From positions 1 to 26,809 of the IMG/VR virus record IMGVR_UViG_3300020045_014475: DNA of 26,809 bases, one strand, 5' to 3'. This document shows positions 18,006-26,589 of this stretch, piece after piece. A model generated the notes under the pieces. That model ran no database searches. It was given only the letters and a program-made list of their open reading frames with translations, and had not been told where the DNA came from. This DNA comes from a virus. Its lineage: Duplodnaviria; Caudoviricetes. The position numbers and the translations under genes are program-made. The number at the start of each line of letters is the position of its first letter. Position 1 is the first letter of the stretch.

Positions 18006-18887
18006 TTATTCTTGCATTTTTGCAATATCATTAATATATGCTTCTTCAGTCATAATTCCAGATCGTACAAATTGGTTCATTATTTGCACTTGATCAGCAG
18101 TCAGATCAGCTTTAGTAAAAGAAGAGTTATTTCCTTTTACAGAAGATCCTTCAACAGGACTGGCTGGACCAACAGGAGGTTTAACTGTCGCAATAACTTT
18201 GCTGGTTTCAAACTTTTCTGGAAAAACTTCTTGAACCTTATTCCTAACTATCTTGTAAATCCGATCTAATGGAGCTCCAACATATTGCTGCGCCACAGTA
18301 TCGGCAAACTTTGCCATGTCATCATCTTTCAAATACCAATCATTATCCGTGATCCAAGCATCGTAAACTGGATTAGAAGTCTTAGTATTGATTTTCTGCG
18401 TTACTTCTTTTGGTTCGTTAATATCTTTTTGAATATCTTCGATTTGCTTATCCAACGATTCAACTTTATCAACATCTGCAAGTTCAATCGCAGACCGTCG
18501 TTCTTTCTTGAGAACTGCTATTTCAGCTTCGAGTTTCTTTACCTCAATTTTATAAACTTTCTCATTATGTTCTTTTAAAGCATTTACAGAACCATTAAGA
18601 GCTTGAAGTTGCTCTTTTAGGTCTTTGTTGTGCTGACTCATTGACTTCTGAATATCTTTTGACCGTAAGATATATGTGGCTGCATCAACAGAATCTTCAC
18701 CAGTATGATCTTCACGCCAACCAAGTTGCTTAGCTAACTCGGTAACACCAGGAAGATCGTTACCTTTAGCAACTTCAGCAGGTTTTTCTTCAGTCTTAAC
18801 AACTGTATCTTCTACCTTAGCAACTGTCTCAGTAGTTTCTGCTACTGGACCAGCTAAAATGTCTTCAATAAAATCTTCTGCCATCAT
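18006..18887 (-). CDS. Putative capsid scaffolding protein, 293 aa
   Basis: Acidic N-terminus, 'AKQLGW', long coiled coil, 'WITDNDWY', C-terminal helix-turn-helix 'MTEEAYINDI'. Lies between portal and capsid genes. Confidence 0.7.
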   Translation of the reverse strand: MMAEDFIEDILAGPVAETTETVAKVEDTVVKTEEKPAEVAKGNDLPGVTELAKQLGWREDHTGEDSVDAATYILRSKDIQKSMSQHNKDLKEQLQALNGSVNALKEHNEKVYKIEVKKLEAEIAVLKKERRSAIELADVDKVESLDKQIEDIQKDINEPKEVTQKINTKTSNPVYDAWITDNDWYLKDDDMAKFADTVAQQYVGAPLDRIYKIVRNKVQEVFPEKFETSKVIATVKPPVGPASPVEGSSVKGNNSSFTKADLTADQVQIMNQFVRSGIMTEEAYINDIAKMQE

Positions 18888-18896
18888 AACACCTAT

Positions 18897-19226
18897 TTAA
18901 AAAAGTAATTTTGCAAGCACATCATTGTCATTAATCAAAACATACGATTCATTATCTTGACCGGTCATTGAAACTCCAGCATAGCGAGCATAACTTACCT
19001 TATCTCCAACTGCTGCCCATGGCTTACCATCATCAAGATCAATCCAGGCGCTAGCCCCCACAGCAACTAACGTTCCAACAGTTGCTGCCTGCTGCTCTTT
19101 GTCCTGTGCTGTCTTAGGAAGGTAAATTCCACCAGCTGTCTTTTCTTCAACTTTGACCGGAAGCACAAGTAAGTGCCCACCAGTAGGTATAATGCCTGAT
19201 TGATTAATGTTTTGTTCGCTGCTCAT
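18897..19226 (-). CDS. groES: Phage-encoded co-chaperonin GroES (Cpn10), 109 aa
   Basis: P..GHLLV, mobile loop EEKTAGGIYLP, GTLVAVG, VGDKV.YARYAG, LINDNDVLA. Confidence 0.92.
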   Translation of the reverse strand: MSSEQNINQSGIIPTGGHLLVLPVKVEEKTAGGIYLPKTAQDKEQQAATVGTLVAVGASAWIDLDDGKPWAAVGDKVSYARYAGVSMTGQDNESYVLINDNDVLAKLLF

Positions 19227-19258
19227 AATATTACCCTTTTAAATAAATGTTAATCTTC

Positions 19259-19516
19259 TTAATAGCTACTCTTAGAATCTACATTCCCACTATCAACTTT
19301 CTCATCTTCGTATGAGATATTTAAAATCTGATCAATTCCTGCAATCTGACCAATAATCTTATTCAACATACCATACGCATATTCTGCACCATATTCTGTA
19401 AAACTACCTTCAGTTAATTGATTTGTAAGAGTTAATTTAAGTTCTTTAAGACCAGTAAAGATCTCTTTCGTAACTGGATGTGTTTTCCACTCTGAAAATT
19501 GTTCAGCTGTTATCAT
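19259..19516 (-). CDS. Small helical head-module protein, 85 aa
   Basis: 'EWKTHPVTK...IGQIAGI'. ATGA overlap with the portal stop. Confidence 0.7.
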   Translation of the reverse strand: MITAEQFSEWKTHPVTKEIFTGLKELKLTLTNQLTEGSFTEYGAEYAYGMLNKIIGQIAGIDQILNISYEDEKVDSGNVDSKSSY

Positions 19517-21717
19517 TCAGCATCTCCTTGATTATTACTCTCCATTCCATACTCTCGTTTCATCGTAGATTCCTTTAATCCGCCTGGTGCTTTTCCTAAA
19601 CTTTGCTGACTTCTACCAAGCTCTAATTGCCCCGTGATTTGCTTATCCTGCAAAGCTAACTTAACTTGATCATTTTCTATGTCAGCGAGCTCTTTCGCTT
19701 GCTTAACTTCATGCCCTGGAATTTCAGCGTAAATCTTTTCAGTTTCAGCAACTAACTTACCTACTTTTGCCGTTAACTCTTGTAACTCTAGTTGCATCTT
19801 TTCCATAGCTAATTGCTTCTCTTCCTGCCCAGCTTCTTCTTCAGGAAAGAATGCTTCAATATCTTCAATATCTAATGCAACCAAGTAACGACGTAAAATC
19901 TCTTTATCATCTAATCCTTGTCCACGAAGGTCAAGCAGTGCTTTCGCCTTCAGCAATCGCTGAACCATCGTGGTAGCGTTTGGATCAGATACAGGTTCAA
20001 TATCAAAATCACTACTAGAAAAATCAGCCTGAACAATTGCATTAGCATCATCCAGCACTAGTCCATAAGTCATTTGATCAAGATATAACGCATTCAACCT
20101 CTTGATCTTTTTAAACTCTTTGTACTGTGATCGATGGATACGCTTATGAACTGCTGAATATACTTGCAGGCCCTGCTCTATTAATGCTAGAACGCTTTCC
20201 GCTGGTACATTTGCTCCAGGTGAGTTACCCGCCAAGATATCGGTCATGCCAGCAAGTTCTTTACCAGCCTCGATTAAGAGTCCAAGCAATTGGAAAAGTA
20301 CATTACTTGGTTCACGTACTGGCATTGGAAAAACATTCTTGCGAAGATCATCTCCAGTTACATCGACTGGTTTCCATTCGCCAGACTTTAACTGAATTGA
20401 TTTGCCCCTGCCAAGACGTAAACCCCGTCCGAGGAAACCTGATTGTCGATTAGAAAGTGTCCCGGCATCGATAAGTTGATTCAGCAGTGTGTTAATGGCA
20501 GAGTTACTGCTCATCAAAAGACTGCCGAAACCCATACCATAAAAACCACCATCAATAGATGGCATGAACAAATAGCGAGTAAAGTATTGCTCGGGAATGA
20601 TCTTAACTATTGCGCCGTTAGGATCTTGGATACCGCTAGAATTGTTGGTGCGAATAACTCCATCAGATGCCCAACGAGGAGAAATCCTCACAAGTTTCTG
20701 TGTGGCTTCATGGATTGTAACTATATAAGGTTCTTGATAACCATCATTGTCTAGATCATACCAACGATGTTGTTCAAGAAAAAGATGCGGGGTTTCATCA
20801 TCAATATCACTTGTCTTATCACTTACTGCTTGACCAAGTGAAGCAATATCAAACTTGATGAATGTTCCAGAGGTGATACGCTCAACGATTTCGTTGTGAT
20901 AAAGATAAATTTTATGCGTAACTCGTGGAGCCCGCTCAAGTGATTCTGCAAAATAATTTACAACTAGATCATCAGCAAATACTAAACTTGATACGTTCTT
21001 TCGCACAATTGAATCAAAGTAACTCTTTTTGAAAGCACATCCAATTGCAGGCAACGTAAAAAGAAGTTGATCAACTCCTTCTTCCCAGCAATCCATATGG
21101 GACAAAAGCTGAAACGACATGAACTCACTAATCCGTTGAGACTTTTTAAGTTTCTCACCATCAGGATCAGTACCAATCACTTTGCCTCGGACTACGTTAT
21201 TACCTTTGATTAATTCTGGATATGCACGACTTGCAAACTGCATGCAAGCATTAATGATTAGCGGATACTTAACATTTGCTACTACTTCACCTGCGTAAGT
21301 TTTCTTCTTTACTTGAAGCTTAGCAAGATCAATGATCTGAGCATTAAGTTCTAACCATTCAGTTCTGCTAGCTAAATCAATCTTATAACCTTCAAGAGTT
21401 TTAGTCGTCAAGTCTGCAATAACATCTTTAGATTGACGATCAGCTATATTGGTTACAAGCACTATAGCTTCAGCTTGCAGAACTTCTTTGACAATTAATG
21501 CTTCAGTAATTGCATCATTAGGAGTTGTCTGTTCAGCGAGAATCTCTTCTACTGGCTGCTCAGATGCCCAAATAGGAACTTGGCCAGATAGTTGAGCTTG
21601 CTCGTCGTTTGGTAATTCTGTATCAATAAAGTTAGAATCCGCAGAGGTAGGCAGCTGCGCTGCTTGCATTGGATTAATTAATTCTTCTACAGGAAATTGA
21701 TATGTATTTGGAGCCAT
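19513..21717 (-). CDS. Portal protein, 734 aa
   Basis: Follows terL. 'YPLIINACMQFASRAYPEL', 'GCAFKKSYFD', 'GFYGMGFG', 'NQLIDAGTLSN', C-terminal coiled-coil barrel. Confidence 0.88.
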   Translation of the reverse strand: MAPNTYQFPVEELINPMQAAQLPTSADSNFIDTELPNDEQAQLSGQVPIWASEQPVEEILAEQTTPNDAITEALIVKEVLQAEAIVLVTNIADRQSKDVIADLTTKTLEGYKIDLASRTEWLELNAQIIDLAKLQVKKKTYAGEVVANVKYPLIINACMQFASRAYPELIKGNNVVRGKVIGTDPDGEKLKKSQRISEFMSFQLLSHMDCWEEGVDQLLFTLPAIGCAFKKSYFDSIVRKNVSSLVFADDLVVNYFAESLERAPRVTHKIYLYHNEIVERITSGTFIKFDIASLGQAVSDKTSDIDDETPHLFLEQHRWYDLDNDGYQEPYIVTIHEATQKLVRISPRWASDGVIRTNNSSGIQDPNGAIVKIIPEQYFTRYLFMPSIDGGFYGMGFGSLLMSSNSAINTLLNQLIDAGTLSNRQSGFLGRGLRLGRGKSIQLKSGEWKPVDVTGDDLRKNVFPMPVREPSNVLFQLLGLLIEAGKELAGMTDILAGNSPGANVPAESVLALIEQGLQVYSAVHKRIHRSQYKEFKKIKRLNALYLDQMTYGLVLDDANAIVQADFSSSDFDIEPVSDPNATTMVQRLLKAKALLDLRGQGLDDKEILRRYLVALDIEDIEAFFPEEEAGQEEKQLAMEKMQLELQELTAKVGKLVAETEKIYAEIPGHEVKQAKELADIENDQVKLALQDKQITGQLELGRSQQSLGKAPGGLKESTMKREYGMESNNQGDAE

Positions 21718-21720
21718 TAG

Positions 21721-23235
21721 TTAATATCCTGTAATGTAATTAGTTTCAGATTCATTATAAAGTTCGCTTGCTTCCCAAGCCATCATTTCCCAATATGGTT
21801 TCGCAATTGCACGATCAAGTCCAGACATTACCAAATAACGAGTGTCGTCCATTAAATGATCTCGATCCTTCACAATTTGCCCGTTCTCATCTCGACGATA
21901 AATACGAAATTCACTAAACCAATTAACTAGAGACCTGAATACTTTTAGTCTATTGGTAGATAGCATTTGCCAAACTTTATAAAGTCCAGACTCAATAGAC
22001 TTGTTTGCATTCGTAATATCAAGCCCAAGACCCATATAAATTTCAAATAACTGTTTACCATCTTCTTGACTACGACCATGTGCAGCAGAGTCAATTACGC
22101 CTGGTATCCAAACTCCGCGAGCTTTAATGCCTTCGGCATGTATGACTGGTTCAGCATTGCCCTGATAATATTCAGAGTAAAGATACGTAATGTTACTGGT
22201 TGGATCGGTAGCTGCCCATAAGCAAGCAGTTTTTTTCCAACCAACATCTAAAGCATAACATCTTTTCCAATGATCCGGAATTGGAAAATCTTCAACAGTT
22301 ATGTTGCTTTCTAAGATTGGATAAATTGCACCAGATCCTAATTGCGGAACACCCTTGCTTCTTGCTTCTCGTTGATGTGGCGGAAGAGCAGCAAAGAGTT
22401 TATCTTTTTGTTCTTGTGTAAGATGTGGTGCATCATCCCAGGTTGCTTGGATTAGAAATCGTGAACCGCTTTGAACTTCTTCAACCTTACCTTCAGGCAT
22501 AAACTGCAGAACAGTTTCTGTAAGTCCAGCGAGCGGCGTGAACGTCAGCATAATAAGACCATTAGTTGTCATGGTCCTAGTCAAGCATTCAGTATAAATA
22601 TCTAGCGGACATTCCTCATCTAGCCAAACTAAATCTTGCTCAGTTCCTTCGAATGACTTTCGCCCTTCAGCATAAGACTTGACTTTAATGCGGGAGATAC
22701 CACCAGATATATGCCTCACCAAAATGGTATCAATTGCATTAGGTACACCACCAGCACGAGGTGTTGTTTTTAGAATATATTTTTCTGGAATCAGTCCAGT
22801 ACCATGTTCTTCTGGAGTGCCAACTAATTTATATTGAACGATGTCTCGTGCGGTGGTGCTAGTTGTGCCACAAGCCCAAATACTTACTGGCTGAGTAAAT
22901 CTATATCCAGGCCACCAATCAGGATAACGACCAGTTGCATGAAGTGTTGTTTCATAAGCGCCAATCCCCTCAGATTTTCCAATCCGATTCGCGGCCATAA
23001 TGCAACGTTCTGGATAGCTCGTACCTGCTGCAAAGAATGCCATGTGCTTCGGATAATTATGCCGACTTAACAACCCAGTTTCTGGATAATACTGGATTAT
23101 TTTATTCGACTTGATTCTGGCTGCCTTTTCTTTCAGCAACTTTAAATATTGTTCCTTTTGATCACGATTTAAGTTTGAAATATCTTTAATCGGCTTCTCA
23201 AGGTCTGGAATAATATTTTGGCTTATCTCAAGCAT
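21721..23235 (-). CDS. terL: Terminase large subunit (P22-like), 504 aa
   Basis: Walker A AANRIGKS, Walker B LVWLDEE, coupling motif TFTP, nuclease ALDVGW...DHLMDDTRY. Confidence 0.95.
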   Translation of the reverse strand: MLEISQNIIPDLEKPIKDISNLNRDQKEQYLKLLKEKAARIKSNKIIQYYPETGLLSRHNYPKHMAFFAAGTSYPERCIMAANRIGKSEGIGAYETTLHATGRYPDWWPGYRFTQPVSIWACGTTSTTARDIVQYKLVGTPEEHGTGLIPEKYILKTTPRAGGVPNAIDTILVRHISGGISRIKVKSYAEGRKSFEGTEQDLVWLDEECPLDIYTECLTRTMTTNGLIMLTFTPLAGLTETVLQFMPEGKVEEVQSGSRFLIQATWDDAPHLTQEQKDKLFAALPPHQREARSKGVPQLGSGAIYPILESNITVEDFPIPDHWKRCYALDVGWKKTACLWAATDPTSNITYLYSEYYQGNAEPVIHAEGIKARGVWIPGVIDSAAHGRSQEDGKQLFEIYMGLGLDITNANKSIESGLYKVWQMLSTNRLKVFRSLVNWFSEFRIYRRDENGQIVKDRDHLMDDTRYLVMSGLDRAIAKPYWEMMAWEASELYNESETNYITGY

Positions 23236-23921
23236 TAACTTCTAACCTGAAAGATGTTCGCTGGAATCTTGGATAGCAAAGATATGGATTCTTCTGAAAG
23301 CTCAGTATTTTGGTCACGGATAGCATCAGGAGAAAAATCAATCGAATCATCTTGATAAACAGTTTCTGCAGAATTAATAATTTTATCAGAAGAATCCATA
23401 TCTTCATCACCAGAGATTAACTCAATCAAACTAGCTTCGTCTAACTCAGGTTCAGCATCATCAGATGTAACAGTTGTAATCTTGGGAATATCTTTAACTT
23501 GGATCTTATTCAAACTTTGTTGCATGGCCGTGATTTCAGCGTCAATCTCTTGATCTGTTTTAGTCTGCATGGTCATGTCAACATAAAGGCGGTCAGGCGC
23601 TTTATAGCCGTTACGATCAAGTATAGAATTAGCTGCATTGAATTGTACTGCATGAGGTGCTTTCTCTTTAGGATTAAGCAATCGTTCAAAGGTATCAAGA
23701 GCAGCTTTATTGAGGCTAACAAGTTTTTTGCGGACATCCAAGGTGGTTTCTTGTGCGCGATCTTCTAAGCCCTTCAAGTAGGCTTGTCCTAATGGTGAAT
23801 GAAGAATGGTTGATACAGTTGTGTGGGCCATTCCAAGACGTTCCGCAATCTCGTTGTTTTTATATCCATTAAAGGACATTTGAATAATGTTGCGATGTTG
23901 AGTGCGGAGTTCTTTCAACAT
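23235..23921 (-). CDS. terS: Terminase small subunit (N-terminal HTH), 228 aa
   Basis: HTH 'GYKNNEIAERLGMAHTTVSTIL', 'AANSILDRNGYK' motif, acidic tail. TAATG coupling to terL. Confidence 0.7.
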   Translation of the reverse strand: MLKELRTQHRNIIQMSFNGYKNNEIAERLGMAHTTVSTILHSPLGQAYLKGLEDRAQETTLDVRKKLVSLNKAALDTFERLLNPKEKAPHAVQFNAANSILDRNGYKAPDRLYVDMTMQTKTDQEIDAEITAMQQSLNKIQVKDIPKITTVTSDDAEPELDEASLIELISGDEDMDSSDKIINSAETVYQDDSIDFSPDAIRDQNTELSEESISLLSKIPANIFQVRS

Positions 23922-23985
23922 TGAAGCGCCTATAACTGGGAAATGATTAATATGGAAATGGTAAATCTTTAAATGATGATAGCTT

Positions 23986-24014
23986 ATAGTGACATATTAT
24001 AGTGGGAATGGCAA
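23986..24014 (-). promoter_or_regulatory. Candidate sigma70 promoter for the leftward structural operon
   Basis: TTGCCA-17 bp-CACTAT with extended TG, about 65 bp upstream of terS. Confidence 0.4.
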
Positions 24015-24470
24015 GAAAAATAGTTATATTACCATAAAAACAGCAACGTTTCCTACTGAGCAGCTATTACCTCCCAATGCCGGCATCCATATTGTGCTCG
24101 GCTATATTTTAGAACACCTTTACTGTTCTTGGCTGCCTAGGCTGTTCATAAATGAACAACAGTTAATGATGGTTTCAAGTTTGTTCCCATGCTAACTTAA
24201 TTAGTTGGAGTAAACTGCCGGCAATTGATACTTGCTAAAATTTGCAACTCAGTATAGAACCCCTAATCTGTTACACACGAACCGAGGCATCACTTGTCAG
24301 GAATTGTTAGGAAAATAAAAATTGTTCCCCTCGCTACGCGAGCAAACCTGCTAAGTCATGACAAAGAGTGGAAGCATCAAAGAAGTTAGGAAGCTAAGCA
24401 GATTGAATACCTGGCAAACGGAAAAATGTTTCCAATATTGGAATGGCCACAAACTTTGTGAAAATAAAAC

Positions 24471-24499
24471 TTGACATTGCTTTCAAAAGTTATTACCTT
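24471..24499 (+). promoter_or_regulatory. Sigma70-type promoter P1
   Basis: TTGACA-17 bp-TACCTT with an A-rich UP-like element. Confidence 0.6.
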
Positions 24500-24570
24500 C
24501 ATCATTATCAACAGTAAAACTTTGTTCAGATAACATATCTTGAATGATTCGACTGAATGAAAAATACTTG

Positions 24571-24599
24571 TTGACTTGATTAATAAAGTGTGATAGCTT
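24571..24599 (+). promoter_or_regulatory. Sigma70-type promoter P2
   Basis: TTGACT-17 bp-TAGCTT with extended TG and an A-rich upstream tract. Confidence 0.6.
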
Positions 24600-24663
24600 A
24601 GTAATTAGAAAGACAAAACAGTTTTGTACCTTCAAACGTGGAAACTTAACAAGAGGTGTTATA

Positions 24664-24840
24664 ATGCAAGAATGTAAAGATTATGAATTTGGGAAAGATT
24701 TTATGGTGTATGTAATTGAAAATGGTGAGCAAGAAACTTGTTTTAATTATCAACATTACTTAGATAATAAAACTCGGTACAAAGATAAAGTGCTAGTAAT
24801 TTGCCGCAAGGATATTCCAGTATATTTCAGAAAAGGTTAA
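24664..24840 (+). CDS. Hypothetical early protein, 58 aa (not in the ORF track)
   Basis: GAGGTG RBS. MQECKDYEFGKDFMVYVIENGEQETCFNYQHYLDNKTRYKDKVLVICRKDIPVYFRKG. First ORF after P1/P2. Confidence 0.65.
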   Translation: MQECKDYEFGKDFMVYVIENGEQETCFNYQHYLDNKTRYKDKVLVICRKDIPVYFRKG

Positions 24841-24843
24841 GTT

Positions 24844-24905
24844 TTATTCTTGACTAATTGAACAGGACTTATTATCCTGTTCAATAGGTTGGGAATAAGC
24901 CCAAC
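24844..24905 (+). other. Long RNA stem-loop (RNase III-site-like)
   Basis: 11-bp perfect stem 24857-24885, extended by an 11-bp basal stem (24844-24854 with 24888-24898) containing three G-U pairs. Confidence 0.55.
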
Positions 24906-24939
24906 AAAACTTTTAAAAGAATTTTAAAGGAGAATCGCT

Positions 24940-25425
24940 ATGTCAGAATCTATCTATGTCCAACTTGAGAAAGGAAAAATCATTACCCCAGTTAACGGGA
25001 AGGATTATGAAACAGTTTTGCCAACTGCCATCTTTCCGACTGCCGAACAATTTGGCAACAAAGAAAATTTGCTTGCTTGGGCAAATGAGAATGACTTCGC
25101 GTATGAATTGATTCAGAAGGGATTGCAAAAAGCCATTATTGAGGTTCGAGCAGTCTTTAAAGCCGTGAAAAAAGATGAATTGTGGACAGTTGGGAATGCT
25201 CAAATTAATGTCAATAAGATGAAATGGGAGAAAGTAGACAAACCTAATTCCGGCGGAAACGGGAAAGCCATATCCACAGCTCGGTACAACGATTGCTTAG
25301 GAATGATCGGAAACCTTGCAGCAAACAAAATGCCAAAAGAGCAAATTAGGTTAATCGTCGTTCCGATTTATGGCGACGATATGGTGGCTGAAGTTTTCGC
25401 AGCATTAGAGAAAGCGGCAAACTAA
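24940..25425 (+). CDS. Hypothetical early protein, 161 aa
   Basis: AAAGGAG RBS. Followed by a terminator. Confidence 0.8.
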   Translation: MSESIYVQLEKGKIITPVNGKDYETVLPTAIFPTAEQFGNKENLLAWANENDFAYELIQKGLQKAIIEVRAVFKAVKKDELWTVGNAQINVNKMKWEKVDKPNSGGNGKAISTARYNDCLGMIGNLAANKMPKEQIRLIVVPIYGDDMVAEVFAALEKAAN

Positions 25426-25461
25426 TCAAACCTATAACTAACATTAACTATTCCAACTTAG

Positions 25462-25498
25462 AAAGGTGGCTAGAGTGATTTCTTGCCGCCTTTTTATT
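25462..25498 (+). terminator. Rho-independent terminator
   Basis: AAAGGTGGC-tAGA-gtgatt-TCTt-GCCGCC then TTTTTATT. Confidence 0.75.
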
Positions 25499-25710
25499 GT
25501 CGCTGAGGTGAAAGTACAATTCAATTTGGTGATGCATCGTGGCTAGGGTATCGTGTTTACACCCTGAAAACAAAACAACCACCCGACCACCATAGCCACA
25601 TTGCCTTTAAAAACGACAAAACAGGCTTGCCACGCAACGATCATTATTTTCCGCTATGTCGGTATAGCCAGCCAGAATCGGCGCTTATATGGGCAAATTA
25701 AGATCAAACA

Positions 25711-26232
25711 GTGTAAACCCGGAACACTCATGCAAACCTAAGATTACCCCGGTAAACTCAAGTAAACATGAGCAAACCCGGCAAACCCGGCAAACAAAAC
25801 AAACTTAACAATATCAGCTAGTTAGCTGTGTTTGCATGTGCTTACATAGGTTTGCTTGTTTGCATGTGCTGACACCTGCAAACACTGGTAATCTTCAATA
25901 ATATCAAGACGTTAACAATGTTTACCCGGTTTACATTGTAAACCCGCCCCTGTTCCCTCAGATAGGGGTTTGCAGGGGGAGGGTAGTTTAGTATTTAATT
26001 TTTTTATTAAATTGATAAGACGGAAAGGGTGGGGTAGGTTTACACCGCAAACCCCTGTAAACACCATATTCACCAACAATTCCAACCACTTACCCTCTGC
26101 TTACCCATGCCCACACCTGCAAACACGCCCACCTGCAAACAATTCTTTCCCAAGCATTTCAACCACTTACCCTTGTTTGCACCCTACCAACCTATGTTTA
26201 CCCTTGCAAACCCCGGCAAACCCCTGTATACT
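25711..26232. repeat. Array of >20 GYAAAC/GTTTRC hexamers with IHF-type sites and an AT-rich core (origin- or packaging-site-like)
   Basis: Hexamers at about 9-10 bp spacing in both orientations. WATCARNNNNTTR matches at 25812 and 25902. AT-rich tract at ~25987-26016. Confidence 0.7.
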
Positions 26233-26311
26233 ACCTTCACGTTCGATAGTGAACACCAGTAACTAGTTTTAATCCAATTAACCTTCAAACAACTTTAAAG
26301 GAGCAATCATT

Positions 26312-26566
26312 ATGAAACGCAAACCATACTTTATTGCTGCAATTCTTGAAGATGGTACTGACTTAGAAATTGGACGTGATGGCTTATTATACAGAATAAG
26401 CTTGGCACAAGCTGAAGTTATGTTAGCCGCATATCCGCGTAAAGGAGATGTATGGTTTTTTAATAATACCTTTGACCGTGAATGTGCCGAACTCGATGAT
26501 AATAGTGTTATCGTAAACCCTAGTATCATTGCAAAGATTAGTCCATTACTAACTTGTAACAATTAA
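26312..26566 (+). CDS. Hypothetical protein, 84 aa
   Basis: AAAGGAG RBS, same orientation as its neighbours. Confidence 0.75.
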   Translation: MKRKPYFIAAILEDGTDLEIGRDGLLYRISLAQAEVMLAAYPRKGDVWFFNNTFDRECAELDDNSVIVNPSIIAKISPLLTCNN

Positions 26567-26589
26567 CTTCAATCAAAGGAGTCCATTCA

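Noticed and set aside
23228-23410. Nested minus-strand ORFs (also 3200-3463, 16355-16627, 20982-21176)
   Set aside because: They are alternative-frame ORFs inside well-supported genes, with no independent signals.
23989-24474. ORFs 23989-24195 (68 aa) and 24358-24474 (38 aa)
   Set aside because: They have no convincing RBS and overlap promoter/operator candidates.
25711-26232. CRISPR array interpretation of the repeats
   Set aside because: The repeats are 6-14 bp, occur in both orientations and lack regular unique spacers. No cas genes are present.
25970-26266. 98-aa Pro-rich plus-strand ORF
   Set aside because: TTG start, and its composition simply reflects the non-coding repeat array.
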